DNA of 64,000 bases from assembly GCA_024679065.1 (NCBI GenBank), contig JAGIQG010000009.1:42098001-42162000 (forward strand). Reading direction: 5' to 3'. Position numbers and translations under genes: made by a program. The notes under the pieces are model-generated. The model was not told the DNA's origin, searched no databases, and saw only the letters and a list, made by a program, of their open reading frames with translations. This stretch comes from Sphyrna mokarran (lineage: Eukaryota). Positions 51,575-63,124 of the stretch are shown one piece after another (position 1 is the stretch's first letter; each line of letters begins with the position of its first letter).

Positions 51575-52335
51575 TCTAATCAGTGTGTAGCAGCCCTACC
51601 AGAAGATTGGAAGCTCAGAGCCACTCGAGGACTTCAGAACAAATATCACGTCTCTAATGAGGGAATGCCACACCATCAGAGGTGCCATCTAGCCAATGAA
51701 AATTTAAACCAAAAGTCTATCTACCATTTCAAGTGCATGTAAAAAATTCCATAAAACGGTGGCATAGTGGTTAGCACTGCTTCCTCACCGCATTGAACAA
51801 GGTTCAATTCCAGCCTTGGTTGACTGCATGGAGTTTGCATGTTCTTCCTGTGTCTTCATGGGTTTCCTACAAGTGCTCCTATTTCCCCCCACAGTCCAAA
51901 AATGGGCAGTGAAGGTGGATTGACCATGATAAATTGCCCTAAGTGGTTCACAATATGTAGATTAGGGGAATTAATGGGGCAATATGTGAGGTTACAGGAA
52001 TAGGCCTAGGTGGGATATTCTGTCAGAGAGCCAGTGCAGACTTGATGGGCCGAATGGCCTCCTCCACGCTGTAGGGATTCTATGACTATTTTGAAAAAGA
52101 AAAGAGGAGTTATTGCTTGTGTCCTCGTCAATATTTATCTCTCAATCAACACCACAGAAACTTATTTTTTATTCATTATCACATTGTTGTTTGTGGGAGT
52201 TTGCTGTGCACAAGTTGCCTACTATGTTTCTCACACTGCAACAACAAGGACACTCAAAATACTTCACTGACTACAAAACATCTTGAGATGTTTCGTGGTC
52301 ATGAAGCGTGCTATACAAGTGCAACTCTTTCTTCT
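51575..52335 (+). mobile_element. SacSINE1-like DeuSINE interrupted by HE1
   Basis: tgagggaatgccacaccatcagaggtgcc...[HE1]...caatatttatctctcaatcaacacca...tttgtgggagtttgctgtgcacaa...gtgctatacaagtgcaactctttctt. Confidence 0.75.
51756..52086 (+). mobile_element. HE1/V-SINE (CR1-type tail) nested in the DeuSINE
   Basis: cggtggcatagtggttagcactgc...cacgctgtagggattctatga. Confidence 0.9.
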
Positions 52336-53817
52336 TCTGTCTTAACATGCCTCAGCCCTCACTTCACCCCCGTGGCACTATACCAATTCTACATCTGTTT
52401 TTTAGTACAATTGCTAATTAATGCTAAATTAAAGACAGTTTTGAGCAGTTGGCTTCATGTCCGTTATGTTCTGGTTTGAAGTTACCAAACATCCATTTTG
52501 CACCAGCACATTACAGTCAACAGGCATAGCAGATTTTCATTCTCTCAATTTGGAGCAAATTTGAATCAAAGTACAAGAGGAAAATGCCATCATTTATCCC
52601 ACTGTATGAGTCAATTGCCCCATGTTAATATTTTATTGGAATCTTCCATTCCTCGCACACTTTGTGATGTGACAGCAATAATGCATTATGCACATTTGCA
52701 TTTGTAAAATGGGGTTAAATAACAAGCATGTCCTCTAACTGGGATGGTAATGTCACTTTAATAGATTGTACACTGGCTGACAAATAACCCCCGGGGTCCT
52801 CTGTTCTGTGGCTGTTTCAGCTAATTTTGATATTCAGAACCATTAAAAAGGAACTAAGTGTGGCCTAAGTTGACAATGTTTTTAGAATCTTCCTTGAGAG
52901 GGAAGGGAAGAGTTAAAAGGTGGAACTGGAATCCCAAAGAAATACCCTAAGGATCAATTTCTCAGTGTACCAGATACATTGTTGCAGCCGCATTTGCTGC
53001 ATCTTGGAGCTGTCTTGCCAGATGGCAGCAGCAGAAAGGGCAGAGGATTGCTGATGCAGCACTTCAGGCCCCTCTTTTTCATCTTTAAAGCAGTAAGATG
53101 ATACTACATAAACAACGTAAAAGCTATAATTTTGGGCTACAGTAATTCACTTAACATTTGGATGATTTATGGGGCTGTCACTGCAGTGTCTTGAAGCCTG
53201 TAACTCACAAGGTTATACAGTGGATGTTTCATTCACTCAGTTGTTATTTGTTACAGGAGTGATGTTTTCATACTTCTTGGGGAGGGGGGAAAGTAGAACA
53301 GGCTGATAAATGTCAGAAAAGCTGCAGCAAGTCAACTCTGTTGGGGCTCTTTTACAGTACATTTTTAAGTATCTATTCTGGAATGCAATACATTCTTAAG
53401 TATCTATTGTGGAATGACAGTGAGAGATTATTTTCTTTCAATTAAACTTATCTATGCCTTAGGACTTATACCAGGTCTTTGCAACAGTACAGATGTTACT
53501 TTTCCCTTTTTGTGATATACATGTGTAAAGTGTTATGACAGATTCCTTTTTGTAGGTTAGAAAGAAGAACCAATTGTTATCAAGAATTTCACTACACTGG
53601 GGCTGAGTGTTTGTTAATCTAAAACATTCCAATTTTCAGTGCTCGTCAGCAACAGAACTGCTGACCTTCTTATTCCAACAATTCACACGAACTTCAGACA
53701 GACATGCTCGTTTTCACAACTGCCAGCAATCTAGCTGAGATGTGTAAGGAAGAAGGGAAAGAAACTTTGGCCCTGTGATATTTCTTTTCTGTCTTTTCAT
53801 CGTCAGTAATTCCCCAT

Positions 53818-54734
53818 CTTGGGGAATTTTCTCAAAAAATTTCTGTGTCACAAGAGTGAGAAAAATGGGGTGAACTGCGCTGGTCTCTCAGACACGCTTG
53901 GGTCTGTAATCTTCCCACAGTCACTTTTTTTGCAGAGTGGCAAATTGTGCACTGGTACCGGGATGGGGGTTGGGGCGGGGTGGTATACGCAATACCTAAG
54001 CATGTCAATGAGCCGGCTGCAGAAAGTTTGGGCACCATTTCTAAAGAGCATCGCAATCTCTCAGTGCACTGAGTGACCACCCCTCTCCCACAGACAGGGG
54101 AGGTCAAGACACACCCCCTCCCTTTTATCACTGGCATGTTCCTCACCCTCTTCCACACAAGGCGCCAGTATCAGGGCCCTCTTGATGAGTCCCCCAGTGT
54201 GAACCTGATAATGTCCCCTTTTATGATCTATCCCCATATGAAACCCCCTGTAAAGTGCCTCCCCATCATAGCCTACTCCATTGCACAACTCCCACCCCTT
54301 TGTGTTGCTCCCGGCACAGTATCCAACTGGAAATGCCAGTTTGCCAAGTAGGCAATGTCTGATGGGCATTCCTCACCCAACTATTTGAGGACTTCAATGG
54401 CCTCCCATCTGCTGGCGTGGCCATCTCAGCTGGTCTCCAGTAGTGCAGACCAGTATTGATTAAGGACAGCATGACATCTCGCCGGAGATGTGGGAAGCAT
54501 CCAGGAAGGGGGAAGCATGCATGCCAAATTTGCTAATGATACTGAAATCCAGCCAATCTCATACTAATAAGCTTCGTGCCCTTTCTGAGCACAAAGCAGT
54601 TTGCGCTATTGGAAAGGGAACAGGATCATAGCATACTGTTTGGCGCCAGGTGTGAATTGTATTTTAAGTATCACGCTAATTTCCAGCCTTGCCATACAGT
54701 TCACCGGGCGTGCTAAGGTGGTAAAATCAAGCCA
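53818..54734. mobile_element. About 900-bp non-autonomous DNA transposon related to 43321-43906
   Basis: Ends ggggaattttc ... ggtggtaaaatcaagcc, sharing the right terminus with the 43.3-kb MITE. Confidence 0.6.
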
Positions 54735-54989
54735 TTGAACTTCATGAAGGATAGGCAGTTGCTACAATGCATTAAAGAAATTGTTCTTTCATCAAGATTT
54801 CAATTATCCTTAAATGTTTTTGTGGCAAGTAAAGGTAAACATAAATAATTTGCCCTAAATACTACTATTCTGTGCTTTGCTATGGGCTTCTTTTGAGAAA
54901 TCTCCACTCTTAATCCTCATGACACTGTGAATGGGGTAATGAAAAAATAATAGTAGGATCAAAGCAATCAATTCTCTGGTTTCCACAAT

Positions 54990-55048
54990 ATCGAACCCTG
55001 ATCCCTGGCACTATGAGGCAGCAGTGCTAACCACTATGCCACCATGCC
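54990..55048 (-). mobile_element. HE1 SINE head fragment
   Basis: tcgaaccctgatccctggcactatgaggcagcagtgctaaccactatgccaccatgcc. Confidence 0.8.
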
Positions 55049-55194
55049 ATCCTTCTCCTTCAGTTAGTCATTTAATATTCTTTGATCATTCTTGACTAGA
55101 TGTGATAAGACTGCTTAGTCCTGATTGTAGAATGCTGTTTCCAGTGTTCAGTATAGATACAGTCTACAACTTCATCAGATTGGCATTTTATTTT

Positions 55195-55745
55195 TAGGTA
55201 GGCCTGCTACTGCTCCAGACATGCTCCCCTACATTGCTCACTGAACCAGGGTTGACAGCCAATTTGCAGTCAATTGTATAGTGTGGGATATAATGCTGAT
55301 GGCCAACAGTGCGTCATGGATATTGCATTTTGAGTTGCTAGATCTGTTCTGAATCTATCCCAGTTAACGTGATGAGACTGTCACACAACACAATGGAGGA
55401 AGTCATCAGTATGAAGACAGGGTTTGTCTCACAAGTGGCCATTCCTACCAATACCATAACAGAGAGAGGCATCTGCGATAAGTGGATTGATAAGGATGAG
55501 GCTAAGCAGGATGTTTCCCTTATGTTGGTTCTCTTATACCTACCACAAGCACATACTGGCAGCTATGTCATTCAGGACTCAACCCTCTTAGTGAATATTG
55601 GTGGTACCAGGCCACTTTTGATAATGGACGTTGAAATGCCTCAAAGTTCAGCGGTGCACCAGTTAAAGAGATACGCCTTTTGCATGAGACGGTGGACAGA
55701 ATTTTCCATTCTGAATGCTGGCTGAGGCAAGAAAACCAGCATGCA
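55195..55745 (-). mobile_element. LINE internal fragment (endonuclease region), probably the 12490-14108 family
   Basis: gccacttttgataatggacgttgaaa reads FNVHYQKW on the minus strand, an APE GDFN.H motif remnant. Confidence 0.6.
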
Positions 55746-57677
55746 GCTCTCCAGTCACATAGCCGAGTTTTCTTTTCAGATGTTATGGTGATCTGTTCAC
55801 CTGGAGGTGTCGTCTTTGCCATCATGCTGGTGGGAGTGGGTGAGAGAAAGGGGAAGGGGCATGTAGAGCCAAGAAGGGGAACACCCTGCCCTCCACAAAA
55901 GTTCCAGGCAAGTTCATTCACTATCATCCCCACCAACAGATGAGGGACACCCTTTCCCTTACATTCCCCCCTTAAACAGATGAGGGGAACATCCCACATC
56001 CACTAGGGCTACCTCCTGCCAACACACAATGCAAAACCTCATTACCTCACTGGCAAAGGGCAGAGAAAATCAGAAAACAAGATCTCACTGGCAAGATTCT
56101 CGTTTCCTGATTCTCATGGGATTTTGCATCCATGCTGCTGTTTGTGTTTACGGTTAGAACGGGTGCAAAATCATCCCTGTAATTCAGAAAAATGTCATCT
56201 GGAAGAGCTGTATTTTAATGCGTCTATGTCAGCACAGTGTAAAACTGATTTTCCATAGTAAGATACATCAAATATAAAGGCAGCATTCAAATCTCATTTA
56301 AAAATAATTTCTTTAGAACAATGCTGCCATATAAAATCTATAAAATGCATTATTTTTTGCAACAAAATAACAATACTGGAACGGTGAAACAGGTGAAGAA
56401 AATAGTTGTTTATATATGATTGAGAAAATGAAATCTGATTTGCTTCTGGGAGGAAGTTAATGTATGTATATGAGAATGCTGTACGATGTTAAAATTTGAT
56501 GAATTCAATTCATTTAACCCAGTCTGCTTTGGTCTCTAACAGGACAGACCCTCCTGTCTCCTGTGCCTTACGACAAGCTAGTAACATGTTTAAGCACAAC
56601 TCACAATCTAAACAACCCCTCTTTAGAGGTTTGCTGCAGGGATAACAAATTTACCCAGCATGGTGCCACACATACCCATCTCTGAAGATTAGTGTAATAG
56701 AGCTTTTAGTTATGCATTTACCTTGTAATTATTGAGCCATTACAACAAGATGTAACTGTACTCTCATACCTCTCCGTGAGAATTTCTCAGCAGGAGGGCT
56801 TCATGTTAATCTATGATAGTGCTCCTCTAAGGAGCTCAGTCAGAGGTAAATATAAAAAAATGTCTGAAATAGATCGGTGCAGATGGTAATGAATAGCTCG
56901 TATGATTGTATATAATGCATCGATCATAGGCTGAAAGGGTCTGGAAAACATTAAGATTTGACTGCAAAAGCATGCAAATAGACATAAAATGATGCGAGCC
57001 ACAGTTGTCAATTTTACTGCAGCGTAGAACAAGAGCATAAGAAGGTAGAATTTTTAGCACTTTATCTCAACTTAATAAAACAACAACAAAAAACTTTTCT
57101 ACTGAAGCAAGGGCTTCCCTATCTTTGAAATTTCTTACAAGAACTAAAATGTCCTTTCAGAGCTTACTGATGGAACTATCATTGATAGGGACTCCCTGAT
57201 TATGGAACCCTTTACATGATCCATCTTTTCTTGTATACTTTTACAGAAGGAGATTCAAGGTTTCGTCGGGTCCTTGATGCCTCACTTAAATTTCCAGAAT
57301 AGTTAGCTTGTATGTAAAGGACATGTGATATGAGATGAAATGACCAACCTTCTGGAAAATTCTAAGTTAATCAGGGCTAGGCAAAGTCAATTTCTAAAGG
57401 GCAAGCCTATGAAAGAAACAGAAGAGGTAGGAAATGCAATGGTGGCTACTTGCTTTGATTTTCAGAGAAAAATAAATAAGGAGATACCACACTGGGGACT
57501 GATACAAAGGTAATGGGATACTGAATTGAGAGGCTTCTATCCAGACAGTCATGGTTAGAAGGCAGAAAGCTAAAGACAGAAGTGTAAGGAAGTTTATCAA
57601 CTGAGAAGCTGTTGTGTTCCGCAGGACCTATGCTGCGGCCACGTTTATTTACACAGGCACACATATGCATGTGCTTA

Positions 57678-57707
57678 GACACAAACACACACACACACAC
57701 ACACACA
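57678..57707. repeat. (CA)n microsatellite
   Basis: acacaaacacacacacacacacacacaca. Confidence 0.9.
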
Positions 57708-57823
57708 GTCTAAACCTTAGGAAGTGAAAAAATAATGCTGACATTTACCGTTTACGTGAATTAGCAAAGGGTCGACAAATTATAAACAGGATTGTTAGAA
57801 ACTGCAGGAAGACACAGGCTATC

Positions 57824-58122
57824 AAAGTTTAAGCTTTATTTATTAGTGTCACAAGTAGGTTTACATTAACATGACAATAAAATTGTGAAAATCCCCTAGT
57901 TGGCACATTTCGGCACCTGTTCAGGTACACTGAGGGAGAATTTAGCATGGCCAATTCATCTAATCAACACGTCTTTCAAACCATGGGAGAAAATCAGAGC
58001 ACCTGGAGGAAACCCACGCAGACATGGGGAGAACGTGCAGACTCTGCACAGACAGTCATCCATGCTAGGTATCAAACCTGAGTCCCTGGCACTGTGAGGC
58101 AGCAGTGCTAACCACTGTACCA
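57824..58122 (-). mobile_element. HE1/V-SINE (non-CR1 tail type) nested in CR1
   Basis: Same structure as 34141-34452. Confidence 0.9.
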
Positions 58123-58779
58123 TCCTAACAGGGTGGGAAGACAGATTCAATACATATATTCTGCAAGTAATCATACAGAAATGAAATAACTTCTGATCAA
58201 GTCAAAGAGAAAAGGGCACACAGGCCGATAAAATACAGTAATGTCAGAATTAGGGTCGTTAAAAACAAACCCTTGATTTGGCATCTGGAACAGTGTAAAT
58301 AGTAAAGCAGAGAGATAATGTTGAGCTTGTACAGAACATTAGTTGGACCTTTGTTGGAGTATTTGGTTTTATGTTTTCCATTACTGAAAGGACATAAAAG
58401 TAATGGAAAAGGTGAAGGCAAGATTCACTAAGATATTAACAGAGGTCAAGTTAATGGAGAAATTGGAGAAGTAGGGATATTATTTTTACACTGGAGAGGA
58501 GAAGTTTAAAGGGTGACCTGATAAATGTTTTCCAAGTTGTGAATGAGTTTCGAAAGGTACATACTGTAGTAAAATGTTGATTCAACTAGCCGAGAATTGG
58601 CAACAAGGGAAAGACAAATCTTAAGTAAATACAAAAGAATTAAAAGGAGAAGTTGGGAAAAAAAAATACTTGTGCAGACAATAGAAGAATATTGACTTTT
58701 CTGCCAAACTTCTTTGCTGAGACAAAGCATACAGATATTCTTCGGAAGGGAAGGAATGGAAACACAATTAGTTTTACAA

Positions 58780-59275
58780 GATGTGGGTGTTGCTGACTCT
58801 TGAGAGGACGCTGGTTAGCTGCCTTCTTGAACCACTGCAATCCATGTAATGTAGGTACACCCACAATGCTTTAGAGAGGGAGTTCCAAGATTTTGACCCA
58901 GCAATAGCAAATCAACAATGATAAATTTTCAAGTCAGAATGGTGAGTCAAGAACACAATCACGTGGAAGTTTCCCTCCAAATCACCCCATGGGTCTGCTA
59001 CCTTGTCCTTCCAGATGGTAATGGTCATGAGTTTAGAAGGTGCTATCTAAAGAGTCTTGGTGAATTCCTGTGGTGCATCTGGTAGATGGTACCAACTGCT
59101 GCTACTGTGTTAGTGGTGGAGGGAATAAATGTATATAGAAGGGGTGCCAATCACTGAGCTGCTTTGTCCTGAGTGGTGTCAAGCTTTGAGTGTTGGTGGA
59201 GCTGCACGCATCAGGCAAGTGAAGAGAAGTGCATTACACTCCTGACTTGTACTTTGTAGATTGTGAATAGGCTTG
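58780..59275 (-). mobile_element. 3' end of the same LINE family as 12490-14108
   Basis: cttggtgaattcctgtggtgcatctggtagatggtac is the reverse of 13900-13935. Confidence 0.82.
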
Positions 59276-59744
59276 AGTATATACAATCTCAAACTGAGAT
59301 TTGGGCTATAAAATAAATTAATTGTATTTTCTTTAAAAAAAGCATCCCATGCCATTGCCATGCAAACATACACTGAAAACATGCGTTGACTTTGTAGTGA
59401 AACAGATTCCTCCACAACTTGTTTCTCATTTGGCCTAAGCTGGATTTCTTCCACAATATCTTGTCCATCACAGAGCTTGCCTCAATCTCAGTAACATTAG
59501 TCATACTGTAGGTATACCCACAATGCTGTGTATTCTCCTACCTTAGCCCAATTACCACTAAAAACCCAATGCCCTATGACCTCAGCATGCCAGTCTTCCT
59601 ATCCTTTATCTTCCAAGAACATCAGTTCATTGAAAGCTCCACTGTGCATAATATAATCCATACTAAGTTCATCCATTAAAATCCCTCCATGATCACAGCT
59701 TCTCTTTCAATAAATATCTGCTTTACAATCCTGCTCTCTAAAAA

Positions 59745-59985
59745 TTCTCAGTGCACTGGTTACAACCTCTTGTGAACCACATTCTCTTCACTCCAATATT
59801 GGAGAGTGTACATTCAGCTTTCGAGGTTGCTTACCCTTGAATGCTCTGCTTAACTCCAATTCTTTCTCCTGATTTGAAACCCTCATTAAAGACTACAGTT
59901 TCAATCAAGTTTTTAGCAATTTCTTCTTGGTGTCAACTTATCCTCCTGGGTCTGTCAATTACCTCAAGACATTATGCAATGAGGA
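59745..59985 (+). mobile_element. Old L2 3' fragment
   Basis: Weak similarity to 21360-21620. Confidence 0.45.
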
Positions 59986-60654
59986 AAGGTTCTCACAATT
60001 TGTTCTTGCCTTTAGTAATTGAAAATCTGCCACTGGGCGGAAATGTTTCAACACCATTCCTCTCTGCTGGCTTTAGTCTATTGACTGGCTCAGGTAAACT
60101 TACCCACAGAAATACCATTCCACTTCTTTAGGGGGTCTGTTGCATACAAAGCTCGTTCATAAATAACTGCATTTTCTTTAATTAAATTAAATGATTAGCC
60201 ATTCCTTGAATATTACAAGGATGCTCAATAGTTGAAGCATAACTCTCTGCCTTACCATCCATCAAAGATTCTATAAATAGATACAGCTCAATTGGTATTA
60301 GCATATTGAAACCATCTTTTGTCTGACACAAGCCAAGATGTATACACATATTAATCAGCCTTTCATTTTCTCGAATCAAACTGTGCACCTCTGTTCCTCA
60401 CAGTCACAACCCACAGAAACAACAATTAACCTCATCTGCTGTGTCTAGTAATAAGAAATTGAAATCAATAATCTAATATAAAAGCACAATTTTAACACAG
60501 TAGAATTATATTAAGTGATACACGTAGGAAAAAAAAACACACTGGTATACATTTGATGAACAAATGGCCTATTTCTGTGTTACAGCACTCAGCAATTTTA
60601 AAGACCATCAAAATATCAACTGTCACAATGCTAAATCCATCATTTTTTAAGTAC

Positions 60655-60999
60655 TAATCTAGAATCCCTACAGCGCAGAAGGATGCCATTGAGCCCAACA
60701 AATCTGCACTGACTCTCCAAAACAGCATCTTACCCAGACACAGTTCCTCACCCTATCCCCATAACCCTGCACATTTACCAAGGACAATCCACCTAATTTA
60801 CATATCTGTGGACACAAAAGGTAAGTTTGAATGGCCAATCCGTCTAACCTGCACATCTTTGGACTGGAGAGGAAATCGCAGGATCTGGAGGAAGCCCATG
60901 CAATCATGGGAAGACCTCTACACAGGCAGTCACCCAAGGCCAGAATTGAACCCTGCTTCTTGCCGCTGTGAAGCAGCAGTGCTAACCACCATGCTACCC
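60655..60999 (-). mobile_element. HE1/V-SINE (CR1-type tail)
   Basis: tagaatccctacagcgcagaaggatgccatt...gcagcagtgctaaccaccatgctaccc. Confidence 0.9.
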
Positions 61000-61559
61000 A
61001 AATGTAACCTTGAAAGTGCAACACAGAACTAAACTGACCTGATTCCATAGCCTGTGACAATGTGACACATTCTGTTATAAGCAGCATGGGAGAGAAGGAT
61101 GTTTGGTCAGGTCAGTGTTTCAAAAAGGAATACTGAAAAGTTAGATCCAATTCCAAAGAAATTCATCAGGCTACATTAACACTGTATTGCAAAATCAAAA
61201 ACATTCTTGTCACTTTTACACTGCATGTATCTGAACAGAACATCTTTAATGCTCTGACTCTGTCATTCCATGCTAAGGACAAAGAGGTTTGCACCACAGA
61301 CTTGACAAAGTAAAACTTGCAAATAATTTGTAGTGGCTAATAAGGCTGGCAATGAGGCATTTAAGGTGGCCTCCTCACAGCTTCCATCTTGAATGTCATT
61401 CTTGTGGAAGTTTAAAAGATCAAATAAATGCTGGTCTTTGAGAAAGGGTTCAAACTATGCAGTTTGGCTAAAATAGCCAAAACTGTGGTTATAAGCAAGG
61501 CAGAGTATCATTCTTGCTGTTCAAATTCACACTCCATAGGTGTGAAATAACTGCTCAGA

Positions 61560-62611
61560 CAAAGCTAAAAGTCTCACAACACCAGGTTAAAGTGCAACAG
61601 GTTTATTTGATAGCACAAGCCACAAGCTTTTGGAGGGCTGCTCCTTCATCTGGTGAGTGGGATTTCAGTTCACAAACAGGACATATAAAGACACAAATTC
61701 AATTTACAAAACAATGGTTGGAATGCGAGTCCTTACAGGTAATCAAGTCTTAAAGGTACAGACAATGTGAGTGGAGAAAGGGTTAAGCACAGTTTAAAGA
61801 GATGTGTATTGTCTCTGGACAGGACAGTTAGTGAGATATTACAAGCCCAGACATGCGGATTAAAGATAGTGTGACATGAACCCAAGATCCCAGTTGAGGC
61901 TGTCTTTGTGTGTGCAGAACTTGGCTATCAGTCTCTGCTCAGCGACTCTGCATTTTCGTGTGTCGTGAAGGCTGGTTTGAAGAATGCTTACGTGAAGATC
62001 AGAGGCTGAATGCCCATGACCGCTGAAGTGTTCCCCAACAGGAAGAGAACATCTTGCCTGGTGATTGTCAAATGGTGTTCATTCATCTGTCGTTATAGCA
62101 TCTGCAAGGTCTCCTTGGGGCATCCTTTCCTGCAGCGTATCAGGCAGACAACACACTCCCACCATGTGAGAACACCATCTATCAGGTGCACAGTACATAC
62201 ACTCGCTGAGCAGAGACTGATAACCAAGTTCCGCACACAAGGAAGGCCTTAACCGGGATCTTGGGTTCATGTCACACTATTTGTAACCCCCGCGACTTGT
62301 GTGGGCTTGCAAAATCTCACTAACTGTCCTCTACACATCTCTTTAACCTGTGCTTAACACTCCCTCCACTCACATTATCTGTATCTTTAAGACTTGATTA
62401 CCTATAAAGACTCACATTCCAACCACTATTTTGTAAATTGAGTTTGTGTCTTTATATACCCAGTTTGTGAACTGAAATCCCACTCACCTGATGAAGGAGC
62501 AGCACTCCGAAAGCCAGTGGCTTTTGCTCCCAAATAAACCTGTTGACTTTAACCTGTGTTGTGAGACTTCTTACTGTATTTACCCCAGTTGAAAGCCAGC
62601 ATCTCCACATC
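61560..62611. mobile_element. Penelope-like retroelement remnant: GIY-YIG C-terminus between inverted terminal repeats
   Basis: The minus strand encodes VCLIRCRKGCP..ETLQML*RQMNEH...LPVGEHFSGHGHSASDLHVSILQ...RVAEQRLIAKFCTHKDSLNWDLGFMSHY, a GIY-YIG endonuclease end. 61566-61945 is the reverse complement of about 62203-62570. Confidence 0.9.
62481..62520 (+). ncRNA. Minimal type-I hammerhead ribozyme-like motif in the Penelope terminal repeat (possibly inactive)
   Basis: cac-CTGATGA-a-GGAG-cagca-CTCC-GAAA-gcca-gtg: core boxes, stem II and short stem I are present. The cleavage-triplet U appears mutated to C compared with the sister copies (gcttgtg). Confidence 0.6.
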
Positions 62612-63082
62612 AGATAAAGCTGTACAGGATGTTCAATACTTCAAAAAAAAAGCAGTTGAGAACTTCTTCCGTTTCATGAACATATAAAAATGCAGGTGCA
62701 AAGCCTAACCACATCTATCAATATTTGTCTTTTTATGATCAGGAGATCTGGAGTCAAAGAGTGTGCACAGGTACAACATTACGACTAGAGTCAAAAGGTC
62801 AATACTCTATTCATAGCATTGTACTGACATGAGGCAAAGGCCACTCCCTGGTTCACCAAATCCGCCTGAAACTACTTCAGGCGGATCTGAAGATTTTACA
62901 ACTTACAAACCTGTCAACATTTCTCAGCTTCATTATCTCGAGATTTATGTGAAACGTATGAAGAGAATTGTAAAAAAAACCTTTTGTTTAAAATCAATTC
63001 ACAATTAAAGCTCAGGATTTCCTTTACAAAATGATCATTTTGTAAAATCAACGAGCTTCTAAAGTAAAATACTACCATTTAC

Positions 63083-63124
63083 CTCGCGCTTGCATTGAAC
63101 TTTTGAACAAGCCGGCCGGGAGTA
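63083..63124 (-). CDS. NFIA: Candidate alternative 42-nt in-frame NFIA cassette exon, (V)LPAGLFKSSMQAR
   Basis: Acceptor ctatctctattttAG with a CTGAT branch-like motif about 30 nt upstream, and donor GAG|gtaaat. Length is a multiple of 3 and it is open in the phase-1 frame required by the next exon. CpG-rich in CpG-poor surroundings. No transcript evidence. Confidence 0.55.

Larger units (their letters stand above)
57225..58680 (+). mobile_element. Decayed CR1 LINE interrupted by a (CA)n repeat and an HE1 SINE
   Basis: Remnants such as LDFQ, PQDLCCGH and LYRTLVGPLLEY.V in RT order. Confidence 0.7.

Noticed and set aside
61464-61480. TTGGC-TAAAATA-GCCAA as an NFI site
   Set aside because: The spacer is 7 nt rather than the required 5.
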